Below, one piece after another: positions 24,790 through 36,378 of a stretch of DNA of 49,028 nucleotides; position 1 is the first letter of the stretch; each line of letters opens with the position of its first letter. The notes beneath the pieces were generated by a model that saw only the letters and a list, made by a program, of their open reading frames with translations, was not told the origin of the DNA and did no database searches. Made by a program: the position numbers and the translations under genes. Origin of the DNA: Choristocarpus tenellus KU-1152 (taxonomy: Eukaryota; Protista; Phaeophyceae); assembly GCA_964200185.2 (NCBI GenBank), contig CAXNAD020000010.1:1-49028 (forward strand). The letters run 5' to 3'.

Positions 24790-27083
24790 TTAGCTTTTCC
24801 GTCTATCCCGTCGGATATAGCTTGTTTGGCTGAAGTCCTTGTCAAGCTCAAAGTACTTGGACACACCATTCTATATCACATGTGAGGCAGGGAATCATCA
24901 GCGGGCATAGGTGGACTTTAGGCGAGGTGAATTCTTTGATTGCAAAAGGATGCTAGACACAAGCTTGCTTGGTTGATGTACTCACCTCATCCATCCTTGA
25001 CCGGACAACCTGCCCATCAGATCCGAATGTAGGCAGTCTGCACACCTCCCTGTGGGAATGAATGAAAAATCATTGAAAGTGTACCCTTTGGTAGATGTTT
25101 TATAGCATGACATATTCCAAGTGAACACAGGATTTAAGGTGAACTGCCTACAAGCACAGAGTTAATAAAACACAAACCTTCCTGCAGTGAACAGGGCAAG
25201 TGTTGGGAGCTGTTTGCTTGCACCATCTGTGTTGATGTTGAGTTCTTCAGCTACTTCAGGATATGCCACCACATCCAATGTTGCAAAATGCCTGTTTTTG
25301 TCACCATACCTGTCGCAGTAACAAAATGATGCTGTCTTTCAACACATAAGCCATATGCTAATATAATGTGAGATGAACATTTTTCATAGGTCGCATAAAC
25401 GTGTCGTATTCAAGATTGCAGAAAGGAGAGGGCCACAAGACTCCCTTTTTGAAAATTGAAAGGTTCTACAGCTTTGTACTGACAACATTAGCTGGGTTGT
25501 GGATAGCATATTGGAATTTGTTTTCATAGTTACACAATGAGAAGTCTTCAGTAACCAGTTCACACAAGCACATTACATCACACAATCATCTGCATCACAA
25601 ACCTTCTTGCAAGTGCACCAAACATTGGCTCGAGATTGACAGATGCACTGCACCAGTCTGCATGAAACATCACCAACCAGGCAATCTTTTTGTCTGGAGT
25701 TTGCACTGGTGATCTGACACGACTCTGAAAGGATACAGGACTAAGACTCTCCACTCCTGGTGGCATAGCCAACCGGGGGACTGGCACAGTCATCGACAGC
25801 ACTGGAGAGATGAGTGGAGGTTTGGAGACAGTGTATTAACAAGGCTGTACAATGGGATTGGAACAGAGACAGCAAAGTTATCAATACTAGAGGAAGTTCA
25901 AGATACCTGCCCAGCAGATGCTGAATGCCAGAGACAAACGAATGTCGATGAAGTACAGTAACACAGCAACAGTTGTTTTGCCCAGGAAGAACAGGCGATC
26001 CAGGAATTCGTCAAGAGTGGCTATCTTTCTGTATTTAGAGATAATTGTCACGCTTGCAAGGCCAATCACTTCAAGCTCCTGTGGGTAATGACGGAGAGAA
26101 TAAGTGTGAAGTGTAAGGCTTTAGTCAACGTGAGAAATGATGACATAGATGTCACATCAGTCAAATATGTAACGAAGTGAGCGTTATGCATGACTTCACC
26201 TGAGCAAAGCCAGTCCATGTTTGGGTTGTTGTGAGGCGTGGAGAAGAAACGAAGCACCTGAGTAGACCATACCACAAAATTACCTGCATCACGAAACTGT
26301 TGTTAGATACTCGTAAGAGGGGTTTGATCGGGGCATTTGATTACCATCTAGTGACAATGGATGTGGAAAATAATACCATTTAGAACATAAACATGCAAAA
26401 GAAACATCTACCGGCAGGCGCTATGATTCAGGTGATACTTTGTGATACTTTGAGCAGGTATCACACCAATGAAACAATTCATGGTGACCAATCACTGCAA
26501 ATACTTTGGAAGCAAATTGTGAGGTCCTGACTTATAACCATGCCCTTACAAAGATACACCATACTCGACAAAGAGGGAAACGTTCATACGCTCTCGCGAC
26601 AGCACCCGAAGATATATCATCAACAGGGTACCATAAATATACACAATAAAAACTAGTCCAATATAGAGGTCCCCAATTCCAAACATACCAGGAACAGATG
26701 TGAGTCCGAAGGACAGACACAACTAAGATGAATACATGCATCTCAGAAGATAAGATGCCGACTGAGGTCAATGAGGCTCAGAGTTCGAAGTTGTGTAATC
26801 ATGATGGGGGCATCCCCCATTTGGTGATGAACATTGGCGATAGGAAAAAAGAGATCTAGGAGTCTCTCTCACCAAGGTGATACTCTGTACCTATAATCCA
26901 ACAGGGCGACTTGGATTCCTCAATTCTATCAAACCAGGATATTCAACAATACTTAGCAATACTCAACTCAAATCGATGAGAACAGAATTGTGACCTCACC
27001 AGCGCATTTACAGCATAGTAAGGATGGATGAAGCGCAGCCATCGTCGTTCCTGGTGCAAACCTTGATCGCGTGTTTTCACCAT
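24790..27083 (-). CDS. TMX2: Thioredoxin-related transmembrane protein 2 (TMX2)-like, 7 exons, about 271 aa
   Basis: Minus-strand exons 27083-27000, 26283-26200, 26078-25907, 25801-25603, 25309-25178, 25049-24986, 24870-24790 join in frame (816 nt), all GT-AG. Protein: RFIHPYYAVNAL..ELEVIG..FFLGKTTVAVLLYFIDIR..WLVMFHADWCSAS..FATLDV..SKQLPTLALF..EVCRLP, collinear with TMX2 motifs (PYY, EVEIL, WIVEFFANW, KQLPTLILF). Confidence 0.85.
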
Positions 27084-28030
27084 CTTCGTGCTCGTTTTTG
27101 CTTCCTGTCAAAACCAATCATAGGTTAATTTGGTCGTGGGTTTGTCACTCTCACTCCTTGCTCAATACCACAACACCACATCCAATCGGTACAACCTGGA
27201 TAAGTAGGATGTATCAATAGAAAAGATAACGTTATTCTCGCTTTTGTGAGTTTTTGGGATAGTGGAGGGAGGGATATGAACAATAATTAATTAGGATTAG
27301 GATTGTGGAGGAGGGATATGAACAATAATTAATTAGGATTAGCATTGTGAACCAAAATAGTGGATAAGTGAACCTGAGTTCGATTAGTGGTAAAAACCGA
27401 ATAACTGAACCGAAAAGTACGGTTTATTTTTTAATATTTCAATAAATAAAGTGTGACTAAAGAATGTAAGCGAGTCAGACGTCACATGAATAATCGTTTT
27501 TGAAGATATGTATGTATGTCTCTACATACCCAACATATCCACAACTAAATACATGTTTTTGTGTGTGTTCATAGATTCAGATCTCTCTATACTGACTTAT
27601 GGTGACATTGGAGTTCTTTTCTTGTAACATATCAATATATTTCAGATTGTTATAAGTTGTTTCTTCTATTAATAGATCAATTCGATTCATTTCGATTCAT
27701 TGAGATATTTTTTTACCGATTTAACAGTGCATACATAGTGTTTCAATTTCTATGTCTTGTTCCTCACAAACAACACTATTAATAATACGTATCTTCCAAA
27801 CGCACATTTACGCTTCCCACGTTTCTGGCACTCCCAGTCGATCTCCCTAGAACTCTATCCAGACAATTCTCCCATTTCAACTACCACCATCAGTACTAAC
27901 ACGAAAAGGATTTTCGTGGAGTGCTTTGAATCTGCTAGATCAGACGAAGCATTCCACCACTTTTCACTAGAAGATTCCTCACTTTCATTGAGCGCATCCG
28001 AGGAGGTCAAGAACAGCTGCTATCTTAGGC
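27084..28030. promoter_or_regulatory. Probable bidirectional promoter between TMX2-like (-) and PSMB1 (+)
   Basis: Head-to-head ATGs about 950 bp apart, with CpG retained around both starts. Confidence 0.5.
27262..27346 (+). repeat. ~43-bp tandem duplication in the intergenic promoter
   Basis: GTGGAGG(G)AGGGATATGAACAATAATTAATTAGGATTAG(G/C)ATT occurs twice. Confidence 0.85.
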
Positions 28031-30692
28031 ATGGCCTTGCCTCATGGGTTGCCGTCTCACAGGTGCCATGGTGATTCTGTTATTCGCATATTTTGTCTGG
28101 ATCAAAGTAAGCATCTGGTGCACCAACATGACACTTCTCTTCGGCACATGGTTTTGCATTGGAAGCTACAGCACTGAATGTTGGTAGTTAATGCAAGGCG
28201 TGTTGACATCTCACTCGTATGGTTTCCTTTTTTCCTTGCCCCCCACCTCCACTACGATCAGATCGTTCCCCATTTGGCACTCCGAAGGTATCAAAAACCC
28301 AGTGTTGGCGGGTACTGGCATCGACCACGGGGTAAGCCAGAATCTTATTGAGCGAGGATGGAGTCCATACGATTTCAATGGAGGGTAAGTTGAGGCGCAT
28401 CGTATTTTCACGAGGGATATTCCCCAACCTCTGTGTGGTCCCCCATGGAAGTGCTAGTTGGATTGGTAGGTTGTTCCCTCTTGGCATACATAGCCATGTT
28501 CGTGCTTTAGCATTGATCAATATTCATCGTTGAGTGTGGGCTTACGAACATGCGATGAAGTTGAGTCTAGAGATATATCGAGATTGTCCTTTGTGCCCCC
28601 TTTTACGATAGGCAATATATTACATTGCATGAGCTGACTTTCCAGATATTATTGTTTGTCTCATGTATATTCGATGGATATATCTGCCTGATGATCCTTC
28701 CCATTATTGTACTCTTTATGCTCAGAACGACACTTGCAATAGCAGGTGCGGACTTCGTGGTTATTGCTTCAGACACGCGAATGAGCACTGGCTACCAGGT
28801 TCTGTCGCGTGACCAGAGGAAGCTGCATAACCTCACCTCCAAATGTGTTATTGCTTCTGTTGGCTGCAATTCAGATGTGACTGCCCTTTGGAAGGAGCTA
28901 GACTTTGGTATGACTATGTGAGTTCCCCCCCATGAGAGCATGTGCAGTGAAATTCGAAAGGGTTGAAAACCTGATGTATTCAAAGTGATGCATAATTTCT
29001 AGAAGCATTCCCGGACTTAGTTTTTTGTCTTCCTTTCATCATCTGGTTTAGACTAAGTTGGTGATAATACTGTGAAAGAGATAGGAAATATTCTGGAAGA
29101 CTCTTGCTACAGGTTTGGACAAGCCCACCCCCTTTATGTGATTAAATGTTCACCTCATTTGCACAAAGTTCTTTGTAAGTTGTTTGAATGCCGAATCTAT
29201 CTAATAATGTAAAGTACTTTTGTCTTTTCCTCTTCCTGTTTCAACATGATCCCTTATTTTTTCTATAGATGAAAATGTTTGGGGTGTCCTTGTACTTCCA
29301 AAAAACATAGGAGTATTTCTCTCATTTCATGAATAACATCTTGCAAATCTTATCTCCTATACAAGACCTTGAGATTGTTTACAAGAAAAAAATATCAGTT
29401 TAGTACTATGCGGTGGTAGAGATAGCAGGCCAATGATCATAGAAATGTAAGTAGCTAAGACAAAAGGCTTTGTAAGATGAGCCCAATATTATGCACCTTA
29501 AACGTATACAAGAGAGCTCAATAGGGGGCAATGAGCTAAGCATCGCATCTTGAAGAAATAATAATCGCTTTTGTATCCTGTGTAATTTGTCCAGGAAGAC
29601 TAGATAAGGATATATGCATGTATGTACAACATGACTTCCAAGATTTCTCACTTAAGTTTGTGAATATGGACTTGCACTTTATGGAAAGATTGCTCCGGAG
29701 AGCCAGTAGTACCTTGACTACATAGTGGTCAGCCATCACCTGTGTTGTTGGGCTGAAGAACATGCCATTCTACTATTACTTTTTGGTGAGGTCAAGCACA
29801 TGATAAATTCAGCAATGCTGTGTGTGCATGTCAGGATATCAAGATTTTGCATGTAGCATAGGTACACGTGCCATTCCTAATCTCAACATGTGCCAACCAC
29901 TCTTTGGTAACGACTGAGCTCAATGTCTCTCAGGATAGTAGTACTCTTTGAATAGGATTCAAGATGTGTTCACTCCAACTGTGGGGCCTTTTGTCCTGAT
30001 TCAACATGAATACTACATTGTAGCTGTACCTACAGCTGTGTTGGGGACTGACTGGTACGGTGTTGTCTTCTTTTGCGGTTTACACAAGCAGCATAATGGA
30101 ATTTGAACTTACATTGTGTTGCTATGACAGACATTCCGGCTTGCCAATTTGCAGGGGTTTAGTTTAATTAACTCATTGTCCAACCTATTTGTGTTGATAT
30201 TAATAGTGAAGACCAGTGAAGACATGCCCAGCATGCATAACCCTTGCTTAATGGATTTTTTCTTTTTTGCACAGGTATGTCCACAATATGGACAAGGAGA
30301 TGGCTACACCAGCGGTTGCACAGATGCTCTCCAACACCCTCTACCAGCGACGGTTCTTTCCTTACTACTCGTTCAATGTACTGGCTGGACTTGATGATGA
30401 AGGAAAAGGAGCTGTCTATTCCTATGACGCTATTGGAAGTTTTGAGAGGGTATCAACCACTGCATCAGGGTCTGGTGAATCATATGTAATGCCTCTCCTT
30501 GATAACCTCATAGATTTCAAGACACGGCAGGATGAAAAACCAGTATACTCTGTAGCAGATACTGTTGAGGTGGTTAAGGAGGCCTTCATCACTGCAGGGG
30601 AAAGGGATATTTGCACTGGTGATTCTGTGGATATAATGACTGTCACCAAGGAAGGAATCAAGACAGAACTGTTTCCCATAAAGAAGGACTAG
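28031..30692 (+). CDS. PSMB1: 20S proteasome subunit beta type-1 (beta-6, PRE7/PBF1), 4 exons, about 254 aa
   Basis: Exons 28031-28062, 28262-28384, 28726-28917, 30275-30692 join in frame (765 nt). Motifs [60 protein letters not shown] and the C-terminal KKD. Exon 1 is less certain. Confidence 0.93.
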
Positions 30693-31925
30693 TTGCCAAC
30701 ATGGCCATGGTCTAGACAAATTGAGATTTCTGATGTAGCTGACCCAAGGAGGGTGATGGAGAAATATTGTGTTTGTCTTCAAAGCCGTTTTGACTGGACA
30801 GTGAGATTTGATACCAGTAAAAGAACTTCATCTGAGTTGGGTACTAATCTATATCCTTCCAACTGTGTAACACCCTATTCCATACACAGCTACTACCCTA
30901 TGCATTCATGGCACTGGTATCACCCATAGCGAGAATACTCTCTATTAAATAGCAGAGGTGGCAATTTTGTGTTCCTCTGATGGTGAACCTCCTTGACTTC
31001 TCCATAGACAGATGTCTCTATTTTTACATTCCTCAACATCTTGCTGTAAATGCTCCACTCTCACCCACAAGATCGCTTTGACACATGAGACTCGGAGACC
31101 ACCTCCCCATGTTGAGAGAGACTTGAAACTCTTGGTTTCCATACCCATTTTCTTGGCAACTACCAACCCCCAACACTGCCACTTTAATGAACTACATGTG
31201 CTGTTCCTTGCCAGGTGGCCTAGCTGTAGATATTATGTATGGTCTTGCCTCCTCTTCATCGAAACCCAGTAACATTCGGCTGCTTTGTGGACGTACCACA
31301 GACTTAATGTCCTTAAAGGAGTATGGCTTTGTAGGTGCTCAATTAGGCGAATTTAAATTCCTTTTGCACTCTTTTCTGGTATCATGCTATTAAGTTAACA
31401 CAGAAACAGTAGTTCTGTTAGTTGTAGGGTGTTATGATAATACTTTGGTATTTTTTATTGGTGTGTGCTGCACCTTAGGCTTCTTGTGGATGAAGTACTA
31501 AGAATTTTCTCTGTACACTTTAGAGAGTGGTATTATTTCACTCCTAAGGATTTCTTGAGCTTGGGTGTTTTGAAACTGTGCAGCTCACTGTTAAAACCTT
31601 GAATTACATGAATCATTGCTTCTCATGAAGTGCTGTGTGTGGTGGCTTGAATCTTGTAAAGCGAAGAGGTGACCAAGTGTACTGAACCGCTGGTGAAATT
31701 GAATGTGAGGTTGCTTGTGACAATTCCTGTCAACAAACGGACTGATTGAATGCTGTTAAGTACAGTACTACTCAGTCCTGTGGTCCAGGGTAGTGATGCA
31801 TGCTCTGAGTAGAGGCTTGTGGATGTATTAATACTAAAATTGATCTCATCCAGTTGTGTGTTGAGGTACACTGCAGAATGAATTGGAAGTCAGAAGAGGA
31901 GGCAACACCTCTCAATAAGAAACTA

Positions 31926-33121
31926 TTCCCTCTGTCCCATGAGTTTATGACTTTGGGGGTGTAACTTCTGGAGATGACCTTTGATGAATATATATTTTTT
32001 TGTGGGATTCTTTGATATTTTTTGCATTAAATCATTCTTTGTCACTTCCTTGTGCCCATCAATCCACCACTGCATCAGAAACCCAACCCTCTGTCGATTC
32101 TGACCGATTTTGGCAGACTACACTACAGTAGCTGCATCATATGTGCTGTAAATGTTCTTTACCCCCTTCACAAGGTCTTGGTACCGTAAAGCTCCCTCCA
32201 GACTCTGCTTTTTTGTGATTCAAAGGACTCCAAATCATTCATACTGAGATCAGGTGACTGCACAGGCTGGAATACAAGTTGGATGTTCCACCCTCCATCC
32301 CAGCCTCTTTTAGCTTCTGCAGCACGTATTTTCCCATATGAGGGGTTTCTCCGTCGTGCTGTGCAACCATCTCCTCACCCTCCATGGTATTTTTGTTCAA
32401 TATGGAGAGAAAAGTTTCCATGTACTACTCCCAGTACCGCTTGGTGTCAATGGTCATATCAAAGTCATACTGCTGCCCCTCTTGTGGTGGACCGAATTTC
32501 TCTGTACCTTCTTGATTACTCAAACACGCCAGATTCTGATTTTGCTGTCGAAATTGCAGGAAGGATCTGGGTGCGAAACGGCACACTTGAACACTTACAC
32601 CTTGGCAATGTGGCTCTTATGCTGTACCTTGGTGCAGCCCACTCTTTCCTCCCTGGGGAACATGCGGATGTGCTCCCCGTCGTGGATGAGGTAGAACCAT
32701 GCTTCGTCCATATGAATTGTGTTGGGGTCACTTCCGTAATTGATGCAGTTCCTTGCTGCTTGGCTATGGGACTCATGTTGCAGATTGTCCAGAGGCTAAG
32801 CGAGAATTTTATGGCTCTTGGTGAGGTGCTGAAATGTTGATGATATGATATAAATGTGATAATATGGGGTGTTGTGCCCACTGCCAGACACAATGCAACC
32901 ACTGCAAATGGGGGCGAAAATGACCTTTTTTCAGTTCCAATTCTCGGAACAGATTCAGAACTATTTTGGAACGAAATGTTATAAACAAAAATTGCCTCTG
33001 AACAATTATATCCAGAGCTTCAATTTGAGCTATACATCACCGGGAGTCTTTGTAATCATGAAGAAGCAGCCAAAACAAGAATTGAAATTCAAAACGTCGG
33101 AGACTTACTGGATAGAGGGAG
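31926..33121 (-). mobile_element. Tc1/mariner element of the plant-type DD39D group (degenerate)
   Basis: Stowaway-like TIRs TA|TTCCCTCTGTCCCA (31924-31939) and TGGATAGAGGGAG|CA (33109-33123) enclose a broken transposase. Confidence 0.8.
32110..32830 (-). pseudogene. DD39D mariner transposase pseudogene
   Basis: Minus-strand IHMDEAWFYL...KV*VFKCAVSHP...FDSKIRIW...QHDGETPH...WNIQLVFQPVQSPDLSMNDL. The D2-D3 spacing is 39 after restoring one frameshift. Multiple stops. Confidence 0.85.
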
Positions 33122-33499
33122 CATAAAATGAGACCAGGATTTGATCTATGAAAGAAAAAAAGTAAAAGAGACTGAAGTCTAATAGTTCTTAGTTGACTTG
33201 TGTGTACTGTACCAACTGAGTTTGTATGTTGAGGAACATCTACCAAATGGGTAGACTTCTATAAACTGTGGAAAGTGCAATGGTAAGTCATGATTCAGGG
33301 CAATATGCATGCAATGTGGATATACTTGTGGATACTAAAGAACAATGGTCAACACTGGTTGATGGTAGTGAACTGCCTTTGTAATTTATGGAGGATGCAG
33401 AGGGCAACAGTAACTTGTGATCATCTACCATGCAGAATTATACATGTCAGTTACATTGCTTGGATGGATCCATTATGTTGTTCAACTGATATAAAATGT

Positions 33500-34276
33500 T
33501 AAAAAAATTTTATATCATAAGTTACCATCGATAACTTATAAATACATTAAGCCAGTAAAACTGTGAAACTATATACAGCTCTGTAAGCATATTTCCTCCA
33601 TTACCAAGGAGGTACAGAGCTACCAATACCGTAAAATTTGGCCAAAGTGATGAAGCCACTTTAGCTCCTAATAAAGTAAATATATTATCAATTCCAAACA
33701 TAATTTAGGCCTAAGTAGATTTGAACTACTGGCTTTACACAAGATACAGATTTATCCAAGCAACATTTAGCTGACACATCTGTGTAATACTCCAAAAGTT
33801 GCCATTCAACACATTCAACTCACCAATAGATATCTTATGGATATTGGGCGGGTTAAACGGTCAATGGATGTGGATATATCCAAGCTAAATGTAAAAGGCA
33901 CATACGCAAAATACTTCAAGTTGTTGTTGCTCAAGTCACTTGTGGTATCTCATGTATATTTGGCGGGTGAAACGGTCCAACAACTGTTTTGAATCCATGC
34001 AAGCAATGTGTACATGGCATTTTGACAAATCAAACTCCTGCTACTTAAGGCGTCCTTGGTATATTGTGGAATTGGGTGTGTGAAAAGATCAAAAACAGCA
34101 GTTTTGAGTCCATCCAAGAAATGTATATTTCATTTTTGGTATCTAATGGGGCTTGGGATGGTGAAATAGTGAAGAAACGGTTTGAATCTTTCCAAGCAAT
34201 GTGTATCAGACACGTATTGCAAATTATCCAAAATATTTTTTGCTCAAGTCACCATTGTTATCTTACGAAAATGGGG
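33500..34276 (+). repeat. Left part of a diverged ~117-bp tandem array (about 5-6 units)
   Basis: Recurrent GCTCAAGTCACCATTGGTATCTT...TTGGGCGGGT...GGATCCATCCAAGCAATGTGTA motifs. Confidence 0.75.
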
Positions 34277-34914
34277 TGTGTGCAGAGCCACCAGTCCTAC
34301 TGGGGGTGGTGGGGGGGGTTGTCCAGTTCATCCATAAGGGGTTTGGATACTATCAGAAAACTCATTTTCAAACCCATTATGAAGGTGACCGTCTTACGGA
34401 TTCTGTAAAATGTAGGAGGAAAGACTCTTAGGATAGATATTTTATTGTGAATATTAAAGGAAACATGGAGGAAAACATGCAATAATTATGTCTGATTGTT
34501 TCAGGTGTATGTATAGGTTGGTTGGTGATACATAGATGCCTTGCAGGAAAAGAGGTGTGTAGTATTAGACTGGCGAATGCCCATCTGATGTATGTGCATG
34601 TGAAAATGTACTATTGGAAAATATGATGAACCACACATGTTTAAATAAGCTTTACGTCAGAAAACCTTGGAGATGTTAAGTCGCAGCAGGAAGTTAGTCC
34701 ATGAATATTGTTGTATGAAGACTATGCTACAAGAGAAGACAGCACATACTACAACAAACAAACTTCTACACACGAAATCATGAAGTAATCGCGTACAATA
34801 AATAAAGGCGCGTAACTCAAAGAAATCATCACAAAACGTTAAGGAATGAAAGCTGATTCAAATAAATCAGAAAAAAAATAATCAGCAGATATGCTAGAAG
34901 TATATAATCTTACA
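34277..34914 (-). mobile_element. Possible LTR of an unrelated retroelement
   Basis: Segment starts TG and ends CA, and is followed by AGCATCCCCCACA (PPT-like on the minus strand). No second copy in the window. Confidence 0.25.
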
Positions 34915-35972
34915 AGCATCCCCCACACCATCATGTTCAACTTGTTAGCTCAAGGTAGAATACTTACACAAAAGAAATATGATTAAGGAAGCATCGCGCA
35001 CTATAATAGAGGAGTAGACCATCTACTCCCCTATCTAATCAGTTTGTTCAACTTGTCCAGAACCACCTTCCTGGAGGTGTTCCCTGGCATGTATTAAGGT
35101 GGTCTGCAATAAGCTGCACATTCCGCCATTCGCCGTCATCCCATTTTGCTTCATGGGGGGAAGGCTGATTGGCCGTCCCCCCCTCCACATCCTCCACATA
35201 TTGGGACCACACATTATGATCGATACTCAACACTATGCCTCTCTCTCATCTACTCTACTCCAAACTGCAACTACAACTGCTTTAGTCCACACAGAGGGCT
35301 GTCTCCTACAAACTGAGGCGTGGTCTCCATGGTCGGTTCTAGGACAATGTATTGCCAAGTTTCCCTCTCATTCTCCTTCTGCTTAAGCTATTGTTCCCTT
35401 CGCTCCTTGTGTTCAGCTGTGAGTTGAGTGAGCTAGCTCCCATTCCTAATTTTCTTGTTGTAGGACCTTCCCCCACCTCTCTCACAAACATGTGCAGCCA
35501 TAGTCCTTGTGACAAGGAGGCATTGGCATGTTCGGCTTCATAACCCATATAATATACAATTCTTCATACATCATCCAAATTTATGTTGTAGACTCTCTCT
35601 CCCCTGACAATAGCATACTCACTGCCCCACAGAATGAATTCAGACCCTTGCCCAAAATTGGCTGTGGAATGTGTCCCCGTCTGTGCCAGGTTCATCTCGA
35701 GAGGACAATAGGAGGTCCGCCAAGGGTCTGCCAGTTGGATTTTTGCTGTGAACCTCTGGTACTGTGCCGGAAAGATGTTGTAAGTATTGGTAAGATCATT
35801 ACAACAAAGGTGTAGGAACTTGGAGATGAGAATCGCCTGAAGAGGGACAACACGGGGACCTGGTTACTCATCCTATGGCAGGCATTGATTTGCGTTTTGG
35901 GGAAACGAACTGATCAATGGTCAGGATTGGCATGGATATATTGTATTTGTTACCACGTTGGTGCATATCCAA

Positions 35973-36293
35973 TGTCAAGATTATGCTTGACCATTTGTGA
36001 GAATATGATTTGAAGTAATATTTTATGTACGCACAGAAGATAATGCGGGACATTTGGGATATTTAGGGTTAGGGTATTTGACCAGAAGTAATTGGCGGAA
36101 TGTTAGAGGCGGAGTGTTTCTGACGTGTGCCAGAGAACTGTTGAGTCATTTGGTACCCTGAGTCATTCAATGTAAGGATTGGTGAGCCCCACCTAGTCAA
36201 GGTATCTCACTCTCTTCTCAACTGTGATACAAGCTAATAAACAATAATATAACTGGTTGTGTGGGACAACAGATTGTCAAGGACAGCTTAACA
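35973..36293 (+). repeat. 5' LTR of copia family 1
   Basis: TGTCAAG...CTTAACA, direct repeat of 40056-40376. Confidence 0.95.
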
Positions 36294-36378
36294 TGCTATA
36301 GCACTTCTATAAGTGTGCTTGTGCAGTTATTATACTTGGATTTTAGCTATCATTGGGAAGGAGTCAAGATAAACGATA

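Noticed and set aside
26532-26771. Hydrophobic ORF, or a 13-nt microexon near 26284-26296, as part of TMX2
   Set aside because: Exon 26283-26200 alone gives correct phase and the expected TMX2 spacing, so these lie in intron 1.
30945-31880. Additional minus-strand gene downstream of PSMB1
   Set aside because: An acceptor-like site near 31872 and short ORFs exist, but no consistent spliced frame or known motif emerged.
32283-32840. 185-aa plus-strand ORF as a gene
   Set aside because: It is the antisense shadow of the mariner transposase pseudogene.
35050-35970. LINE zf-RVT or chromodomain remnant on the minus strand
   Set aside because: Only vague Cys/His/Trp spacing in stop-riddled frames, which is not supportable without a search.
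36294-36310. tRNA PBS or Tf1-like self-priming site for copia family 1
   Set aside because: TGCTATAGCAC lacks TGG and I found no complement in the LTR. It is probably a mutated PBS and cannot be assigned.
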